From Octopus vulgaris (Eukaryota): a stretch of 64,000 nt of DNA. Position 1 is the first letter of the stretch, and each line of letters opens with the position of its first letter. Location: NCBI GenBank assembly GCA_951406725.2, contig OX597815.1, positions 204,042,001 through 204,106,000 of the forward strand. Reading direction: 5' to 3'. The notes beneath the pieces were generated by a model, which had not been told where the DNA came from, searched no databases, and saw nothing but the letters and a program-made list of their open reading frames with translations. This document shows, in pieces, positions 55,678 to 64,000 of this stretch. The position numbers and the translations under genes are program-made.

Positions 55678-57198
55678 GTATTTGACGCTCTATCGATTTG
55701 ACCAATCTACCGCGTTTGTATCAATACTCATAATTGCTTGCAATTTAGGTGAACGATTTTGTTGTGAAGGGTTATTCGCAACCTTCGAGCCCAGTATTTG
55801 ACTTGCACTTTATTTTATCAGCGTTTGGAAGAATGAATGGCAGAGAAGACCTTGGCGAGATTTCAACTCATAAGTTAAAAACTGGAAACTACACCAGACA
55901 TTTTGTCCGATGCTGTCACTATTCTGCCGATACACCGCCTGAAATCTTGAAAGACGGAGATAATCGATTACATCGACCCCAGTGTTCAACTGGTAGTTAT
56001 TTTATCGACCCCAAAATTATGAAAGGTACAGTTGACCTCAGCGGAATTTGAACTCAGAACATAAAGACAGGTGAAATTCCGCTAAGCATTTTATTCGGCA
56101 TGTTAAGGATTCACTCTGTTCACCACCTTACAATCCTTCTCTTCCTCATCCTCATCATCATCATCATCATCAGGTTTTCACTAATTTTGTGTGGGTTTCT
56201 ACTTCAACACCAGTTGCACCTGTGTTTCTTAGATATGTGGAGTATTTGAGGTATGTAGATTTGTATTTTTATATTGCATTAATTCAGTTTTATTTTTGGG
56301 TTTGTTTTGTTGTTTTAGGTGCTATGTAGATATTCATCTGTTTGTTGTGTAAGGTATATACAGCGTGTGTTTGTTATGCTAGTTGGTGATTGTGTTTTGT
56401 ATATGTTGTTACAATTGTGTGGTACGACATAGTGTCTAGTGGTGATTGTACAGAGTATTTTGTATGTGGGTTGTTTAAGTTGGATGTAATTGTGCAGAAT
56501 ATGAGTTCGTTTTATATGACGAATGTTGGTTATGTAATCGCACGTGTTGTTGTTGTTGTGGTATTTTATAGATAGTAATTTTGCGGAGCATGATTTGTGG
56601 ACGTCGTAAGAGCAGAGTTATAATATTTGAAGGTAATGCAGAGTTGGTATTGTGCCATTCTATTTGGTGGCAATTGAATAGGGTTCGCGTCGTATGTAAT
56701 GAGTTTACTGTTTGAATTGTGCAATGGAAATGGGGGATGGTGGCGAAAACGTAGATTGTTTCAATAAGACTATCTTGGAAGATACGAGTATAATTATGAA
56801 TTTTAATACGTATTTTTAAACGCTCCTTTGAGCTCTTTTTTTATCATGTTTACTACGATAATTATTACTGATACTATATAACCTTCGATAGACCGCATCT
56901 TTCTTATTTCAATTCTGTCAGCTTTCCCATCTGTTTCTGGGCGATGCATTCGTTAAAAGGGATCAAGATATTAGATTTTTTTTTTGCTCCAGCCTTTGAT
57001 AGTTAACCTTGACTTCCTTGTCATCTACAGATATTTTCAATAAGACTGGGACCGAAAAACTGTTATCACGTGCGGAATAGATAAGTTGAAAGGTTTTCAG
57101 ATCTGAAATCCGGGAAATGTAGGTAATGTAGGCTGACCTCTAATTAGGGAACTTTTCTTGAAATTTTTGTTGGAATTTTATGTTTATATTTTTTGTTA

Positions 57199-57415
57199 TA
57201 CGAGATAGTGCTGAAAAGTTCCTAGCTTTAAAGGTGTCACAACAGGCCTGGTTGAAGGACCAACATTCCGAGATTTTTTACAGGGCTTAGAAAAACTGAA
57301 GAACCATTGAAGAACCAATAAGTGTGTGAATCTGAGAGGGGAATAAAATCATAATTTATGGATCCTCTTGTATTTTCTTTTACTCAAAGCCAGGAACTTT
57401 TAGCACATCCTTGTA
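57199..57415 (+). mobile_element. Mariner-derived MITE
   Basis: TA + imperfect ~30 bp TIRs (CGAGATAGTGCTGAAAAGTTCCTAGCTTT / AAAGCCAGGAACTTTTAGCACATCCTTG) + TA; interior KCVNLRGE like a mariner C-terminus. Confidence 0.75.
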
Positions 57416-57428
57416 TTTATATAGTTGA

Positions 57429-57824
57429 CTAGCAGTATCGCCCGGCGTTGCTCGGGTTTGTATGGGAAATAACTATATAAGCATTTTTAGAAAGTTATAG
57501 CCAAAAAATAGCAAAAAAATACATTAAAAATGGAAAAAAATGATGGTAAATTTTTTTTTAAATCGTTGACTCATCGTAGATATTTTTAGAGAGTTACTGC
57601 CCTTATATAATAGCGAAAAAAATGCCTTAAAAATGGAAAAATTATGGTAATTTTTTTTTAAATCGTAGACTCATCGTAGACGCGCGCTAATACCCAGAAG
57701 GGCTCGATATGAATCACGATTATAAGATACCCGGTTTTGGTTAAACTGCACCGCAAAATGTGGGAGTAGTTAGGAATCTAAATCGTAGGAGACAGACACA
57801 CAACTTCACTTTTATATATAAAGA
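57429..57824 (-). mobile_element. Non-autonomous Helitron-like element (396 bp)
   Basis: Minus: a|TCTTTATATATAAAA...CCCGAGCAACGCCGGG...CTAG|t. Confidence 0.85.
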
Positions 57825-57956
57825 TTTCCTTTTGATTTATGTAAATCTCACTTTTTGTACGCTTCGTATTTCGTCCTTTTCTATTGTTCTGAATGTCTTG
57901 GTCCTTTATGGCCAATGAAAGAAATCGTTATTACTGTTATTGTCGATTTAATTATA

Positions 57957-58426
57957 GGCGCAGGAGTGGCTGTGTGGTAACTAGCTTGCTTACCAACCAC
58001 ATGGTTCCGGTTTCAGTCCCACTACGTGGTACCTTGGGCAACTAACTGTCTTCTACTATAGCCTCGGGCCAACCAAAGCCTTATGAGTGGATTTGGTAGA
58101 CGGAAACTGAAAGAAGCCCATCGTATATATATATGTATATATATATATATATATGTATGTATATATATATATATATACATGTGTGTCTGTGGGTGGGTGT
58201 GTCTGCGCGTGTGTGTGTGTTTGTGTGCCTGTGTTTGTCCCTCAAGCATGGCTTGACAACCGATGTTGGCGTGTTTACGTCCCCGTCACTTAGCGGTTCG
58301 GCAAAAGAGACCGATAGAATAAGTACTAGGCTTACAAAGAATAAGTCCTGGGGTCGATTTGCTCGACTAAAGGCGGAGCTCCAGCATGGCCGCAGTCAAA
58401 TGACTAAAACAAGTAAAAGAGTAAAG
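57957..58426 (+). mobile_element. SINE family A, full length
   Basis: Matches 1170-1597. Confidence 0.88.
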
Positions 58427-59874
58427 GGTATATTAAAAAATTGCTGATACATTGTTGTGTTTAATTTTGTCTTTATTCACTGAAATCCTACTCAAACCAA
58501 CTTAGCCTACCATATATCTGGGGTGGGATCAATAAAATGAATACCAATAAAATTAATACCAAAGTAGATGAATCAACTGACTATATTATGCATAAATTTA
58601 CCAAGATGAAGGCACCGCTCTGACTAATACATAATATAAACATTTCTCATCTCAGAAATACAGAGTTGCAACTGACTATATTTCACTCCCTCCGTTAAAA
58701 GAGACAACCTGCACATGTTCGTTAAACATGTCGAAAAAAAAACCCCCAGCAAAATCTGCCTGACTCAATGTATTATTTTGAGAAAATGAGCTATTAGATA
58801 ATATGCTCTTCGGGGCTCGGTACTGAATAAAATGAATGGATTGTTACAACCGGAATACTTCTGATTGTATATGTCTGTACATTCAGGGCCGATCTGCTGT
58901 TGTTAAGCGCAGATCTGATTAAGCAAACCCTAGATAAAAGATATTTCAGCTGTGATCATCCCATACTATCACTTTGTTCATCAGAAATACTACTGAGTTA
59001 AATATGTCCTTCCCCTTTTTTAAGGCCGTATTGTACATGTGGCATGAGAACGATTTTCTATTATCTCCCGCAGGTGAAACGACAACGGTAGACGTCCCCA
59101 CTCCGATCTTTTTATATCTAATTTTGGCACAAAGCCACGCATTTGTGTGAGAGGAGCGGCAGAGAGAGACCTCTTTTAAATATAAAGGATATATTTCAAT
59201 ATTTTAATTCACGTTTACATTTACTCTGAAATGCATCTACTAGTTTTTCAACTTTACAGTAAATTAGTCACGGTTCATAAATCATTCGTATAGTTGATGC
59301 GTGACCTACATGATTCTCAATAGCGCAGAAGTGAGCAGTGATTTATTTATAGGTGGAAGCTACGACTCACAAAAAAACCTGTTGCTATTCACTATTCATA
59401 CACTGAATAATACGTTCTAAAAATAGAAATGAAGCGATTAGTTCACTTTCCATTTCTTTATGGTTGAAAGAAAAAAGAAAAATTACATTAGAAGACAAGA
59501 ATTTTTTTTTTTTTTGCTATAAAGTAGGCGAGCTTAGAATAGCATGGAAGGACCACATTATGGCAATTCCAATTACTTTATGAGGTAACAAACCACCTTT
59601 TAATATAATCTTTTAAAACAATGGAATTGCAAAATTGGTCCAAACACAAAAATGTGTCACTGTCAAATTTATAACATCGCTGAAGTGCAAAGCGGGGTTT
59701 GCGCTGGCCCTGCTCAGAAGACAATTGGCTACAGGTGGATGAAAACATAGTACCCGAATGGAGTGCGAAAGCTGATAATCAAATGTGTGTGTATGTGTGT
59801 GTGTGTGTGTGCGTGCTTGTGAGTGCGTGTGTGTGTGCGTATGTACCATCTCGCGAAAAGTACTGCTTATTTTC

Positions 59875-60143
59875 GGCGTAAGCATGGCTTTGTGGTAAGA
59901 CGTTCGCTACCCAATTACATGGTTCTGGACCACATTCACGGCGTGGTACATTGGATAAGTATCTTTTACTATAGCCTCGGGCCGAAAAAAGCCTTGTAAA
60001 TGGATTTGGTAAACAGAAACTAAAAGAAACTGATAGAATATTATTAGGCTTAGAAAAAAAAGTACTAGGGTCGATCCGTTCGACTAAAGTTCTTTATGGC
60101 GACGCCCCAGCGTGGTCGGAGTCTAAATACTGAAACAAGTAAA
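59875..60143 (+). mobile_element. Old SINE family A copy lacking the central microsatellite
   Basis: Degenerate head and tail joined. Confidence 0.7.
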
Positions 60144-60145
60144 CG

Positions 60146-60208
<63 letters not shown>

Positions 60209-60234
60209 TTTACTTATATATATATATGTATACG

Positions 60235-60284
<50 letters not shown>

Positions 60285-60302
60285 GTTTACTTGTTTCATA
60301 TT

Positions 60303-60352
<50 letters not shown>

Positions 60353-60367
60353 TATAGATAGATAGAT

Positions 60368-60530
60368 AGGAGATAGCCGTGGTTAGGACAGCGGACTTGC
60401 GGTCGGAGGATCGCGGTTTCGATTCCCAGACCGGGCGTTGTGTGTGTTTATTGAGCGAAAACACCTAAAAGCTCCACGAGGCTCCGGCAGGGGGTGGTGG
60501 TGATCCCTGCTGTACTCTTTCACCACTCTA
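60368..60530 (+). mobile_element. SINE family C head
   Basis: CGTGGTTAGGACAGCGGACT...GTTTCGATTCCCAGACCGGG within (GATA)n. Confidence 0.8.
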
Positions 60531-60561
60531 AAGGTGGTGCTAGATAGTCAAATAGATAGAT

Positions 60562-60592
<31 letters not shown>

Positions 60593-60598
60593 TAGATA

Positions 60599-61070
60599 GT
60601 TGTATTTGGAGATAGTCATGTTGACAGTTTAGCCAATGAAAACACACGCACTATTTATTTGGTGTTCACTTGCTTCAGCTTTATTTTGTATTAATTGTAT
60701 TTCGGCCAGAGTTCTTTTGTCACACTTCTGTGACCTCATCAGTGGTCCTTTGCTTTCTTCTTTCTTTTTTGTGTCTCTCCTTACTAACTATCTGTCATTT
60801 GGCAGATAGTTAGTAAGGATAGACACACACAAAAAAAAAAAAAAGAAAGAAGAAAGCAAAGGACCACTGATGAGGTCACAGAAGTGTGACGAAAGAACTC
60901 TGGCCGAAATACAATTAATACAAAATAAAGCTGAAGCAAGTGAACACCAAATAAATAGTGCGTGTGTTTTCATTGGCTAAACTAACAACATGACCATCCC
61001 CACATACAACAGTATCTGTTTCAACACACGAATTCACATCAAGAATCTCGCAAAATGAATATATAAACGT
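60599..61070 (+). mobile_element. PLE-like fold-back with ~200 bp arms, each carrying an HHR motif
   Basis: 60599-60796 pairs with 60801-61010; HHR intact at 60861-60905 (+), GAAA mutated to AAAA in the left arm (-). Confidence 0.8.
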
Positions 61071-61101
61071 ATACATACATATATATATTTATATATATAT
61101 A

Positions 61102-61404
61102 TCACCGTGACCGACCAGGCCATCAGATGTTGTTACACATCGCTGGTCACAATGCGCTTCGCATTGTTTTAGCCTTCGAATGACGCCACCCCGCTGGCTA
61201 AGCGAGCAGGCCAACAGAAGAAAGAATGAGAGAAAGTTGTGGCGAAAGAGTTCAGCAGGGATCGCCACCACCCCCTGCCGGAGCCTCGTGGAGATTTAGG
61301 TGTTTTTGCTCAATAAACACTCACAACGCCCGGTCTGGGAATCGAAACCGCGATCCTACAACCGCGAGTCCGCTACCCTAACCACTGGGCCATTGCGCCT
61401 CCAC
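61102..61404 (-). mobile_element. SINE family C head with alternative tail
   Basis: ~61215-61404 matches the head of 11885-12271; 61102-61214 differs. Confidence 0.8.
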
Positions 61405-61432
61405 ACACACATATATATATGTGTGTGTGTGT

Positions 61433-61474
<42 letters not shown>

Positions 61475-61480
<6 letters not shown>

Positions 61481-61675
61481 TATATAGAAGGAGCTTCTAC
61501 AGGACTAGAACTGTTTCATTCAAGAGAAAACTTCAGGAAGCTTCCTGAAGTTTTCTCTTGAATGAAACAGTTCTAGTCCTGTAGAAGCTCCTTCTATATA
61601 ATAAATTAATTTTACTCTGCTATGTATTGAGTACCTTATTTACTGTGGTTAACCCCGAATCAACCCGGGACCTAC
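61475..61675 (+). mobile_element. Perfect 132-bp palindrome plus ~70 bp tail in (TA)n, HHR-like
   Basis: 61475-61606 symmetric about AAG|CTT; gcttc CTGAAGt tttc-tctt-gaat GAAA cag-ttctagtc-ctg TA gaagc at 61540-61588. Confidence 0.8.
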
Positions 61676-61708
<33 letters not shown>

Positions 61709-61726
61709 TATAAACACACACACACA

Positions 61727-62270
61727 CAGGGTCATCAAAAAAGTTTTCTGTGATTTCAAAATGAAATAACTAAGTTTCTGTATTACAGGTATACTATTTA
61801 TACCGACTGTTATATCGGTTAACAACCATTTATGTGAAATGTTGCTTCATCACTGAATAAAATTCTGTAATAACTATCATCGTCATCAATTTCTCTCAGC
61901 ATCGTTACAGCAAATTCAACGCGTTTAGGTCTATCTGTATCCTTAATTTTTATGTCTGATTTGAATTATGGAAGCATGCCGTGTTAGGTGTTTATACAGC
62001 ACATTTTACAATGTTGTTTTAGGCATACGAAGTTCCAAACTGCGTCGAGTGAAGGACTTCTTAGAACTACGCAAACATGACAGTCTCAGACGCTTCACAT
62101 TCTCTTCTTACGTGCGTGGCTGGCCTGGAGATTTCTTAATATTTACATTTCCAGTTTCTTTAAACTAGTTAAACCAACGAACAATGGTTTTGTCTGTAGG
62201 TGGGTCTTGTTCATAAGCACGTCGAAAATAAAGGTGCACTAAAACAACTGACTTAAACTCAGCATTCGCA
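61727..62270 (-). pseudogene. Decayed Tc1/mariner-superfamily transposase (DUF4817-type N-terminus)
   Basis: Minus reads FRRAYEQDPPTDKTIVRWFN*FKETGNV...SPGQPRT...DRPKRVEFA...LFSDEATFHI; TIR-like CAGGGTCATCAAAAAAG at 61727. Confidence 0.8.
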
Positions 62271-62399
62271 GCTACTCAGCGCTTTCTGCTGGACAGTCGC
62301 CATGATTGCCATGATTGGAGTGGCTGGACAGACGTTCACTAGTGAAATAGTGATTTCAAGGACAACGCAGTGGCAGATATCAAAGCTCCTACAGTTGGA

Positions 62400-63540
62400 C
62401 CTTTTCGCTTCCGCTTCTTGTGGAAAGGATGCGTCCCGATGGTCAGGCGATCCATTTGCTGTAGTTGATGATGCGCAGACACGCGCTGAGACTGCGACAT
62501 CTCCGGCTCTATGTAGACGACGGTGAATAGGTGTGGTCGCCGTTTGTGAGGCACGCTTTCCCGCAGCTCGTCTCCATGACAGAACTGCAGTCGTGGATCA
62601 AAAAGAGGCCGAGGAAGGGCGAATGGCACCGCGAGTGTCGCGTTGCTCTCAAGCAACTATGCCGTCTCGGGTCGACCTTGAGTGACTTCAACACAACCCA
62701 AGCATTCTATAGGGGATTAGTGGAGGGGAAGTACGACGACGATCTTGGGGCGAACCTGGGCGTCGACGAGGAATACCTGACCCAGCTGTTTGAGACGACT
62801 TTCGGGCCGGGAACTATGGACAACTTCCAGAGATCCCTGGCCTGGCAGTGCTACCGAGAAGCGCTACCCGTTCGGGATAAGCTCTATAGGCATGGCTCGA
62901 GAAACACGGGTCCGACCTGCCCGAGATGCGGTCAGAGCGACCAAACCGCTCTGTACGCAATCGTGCAGTGTCCAACCATCTCCGACCTGTGGGCTTATGT
63001 CGCACAACTGCTGTCACGTGTGGGACGTGTCGGTTTATCAGCCGAGTCTATCGTTAACATCGTCACGCCTCCTTCCTTCAAACGGGAAGGAAGAGCTATT
63101 TTATCATACTTGTGGCTATGGCGAAAGAATGTATCTGGTGGACGCGCCTGAAAGGATTAGAGACAAACACTTTCCTCTCTGGTCAATCTCTCATCAACTT
63201 CTTCAAGTATCACTTGAAAAGGAAAGTGAGAGTAGAGAGGCAAGTTTTGTCTAGCGAATGTTTTAAAAAAAGATGGGTGAATGTAGCAAGGATGGCACGT
63301 ATGAATGACGAAGCCACCTTGACTATGATCCTATGAACCGTAAAAATTAATACAGAGAGTTGCTTATTTGTAAAAAATATAACATGTGACTTCATTGACC
63401 GAGGTTACCGTGGTCTTTCCCGTAGGCTTTTCTTTCCACGTGTAAACCTCACCTGTCCTCCCCTTTACACTTTATATTGACATTTCTGTGATAACGATCC
63501 CTATTGATCGATTTTTTCCTTTTCCTTTTATTTTTATTCC
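62400..63540 (+). mobile_element. 5'-truncated L1/Tx1-like LINE (ORF2 C-terminus and 3' UTR)
   Basis: FRFLWKG...; ORF 62531-63151 has AWQCYREALPV...CPRCGQSDQTALYAIVQC (zf-RVT-like); frameshift ~63110, stop at 63336. Confidence 0.85.
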
Positions 63541-63545
63541 CCTCC

Positions 63546-63785
63546 GTGGCTTAGTGGTTAGGGTATCAGCATCATGATCGTAAGATCAGGTTTCGATTCC
63601 TGGACTGGGCGAGGACGTTGTGTTCTTGAGCAAAACACTTCATTTCACGTTGCTTCAGTCAACTCAGCCGGAAAAAAATGAGTAACGCTGCAATGGACTG
63701 GCGTCCCGTGCAGCTGGGGAACACATACGCCATTAAAACCGGGAAACCGGGCCCATGAGCCTGGCAAGGCTTTAAAAGGGCGCAT
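63546..63785 (+). mobile_element. SINE family D (tRNA head; V/Meta-like central domain)
   Basis: GTGGCTTAGTGGTTAGG (A box), GTTTCGATTCC (B box), CTGCAATGGACTGGCGTCCCGT...AAACCGGG. Confidence 0.75.
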
Positions 63786-63798
63786 TTATTATTTATAT

Positions 63799-63853
<55 letters not shown>

Positions 63854-63854
<1 letters not shown>

Positions 63855-64000
63855 TAGCAGTATCGCCGGCGTTGCTCGGGTTTGTAAGGGAAATAACTAT
63901 ATAAGCATTTTTAGTGAGTTATAGCAAAGAAAATGCATTAAAAATGGAATAAAAAATTATGGTAATTTTGGTGTCTTCAAGCCATGAAGTCGTTGTTCTA
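63854..64000 (-). mobile_element. Helitron-like element 3' end, runs off window
   Basis: Plus strand a|CTAGCAGTATCGCCGGCGTTGCTCGGG, same terminus as 57429. Confidence 0.8.

Overview
AT-rich, repeat-saturated animal genomic DNA; the SINE and microsatellite repertoire looks cephalopod/octopus-like (inference from recall, not a search). No host protein-coding gene can be supported; nearly all ORFs in the track are microsatellite or repeat translations. The first 26.7 kb is one ~13 kb segment present twice (712-13473 and 13574-26733) around a 100-N gap, most likely two haplotypes, which exposes polymorphic insertions. Recognisable content: three or four tRNA-type SINE families, non-autonomous Helitrons, decayed mariner/Tc1 transposases, hAT and mariner MITEs, and LINE relics (CR1-like, R4/Dong-like, L1/Tx1-like, possibly CRE). 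The most interesting signal, missed by the ORF track, is a dense set of small non-coding elements from about ten unrelated families that carry type I hammerhead ribozyme (HHR) motifs. They include U3:A8 and G3:C8 core variants, mostly sit in (TA)n tracts and often form fold-back inverted repeats. Two stand out: a 425-bp TSD-flanked 1.19-mer of a 357-nt HHR-bearing unit (28166-28590, retrozyme/circular-RNA-like), and a haplotype-specific fold-back insertion whose long arm begins exactly at the predicted HHR cleavage site (16755-17052). All alignments and folds were done by eye; ribozyme activity is untested.
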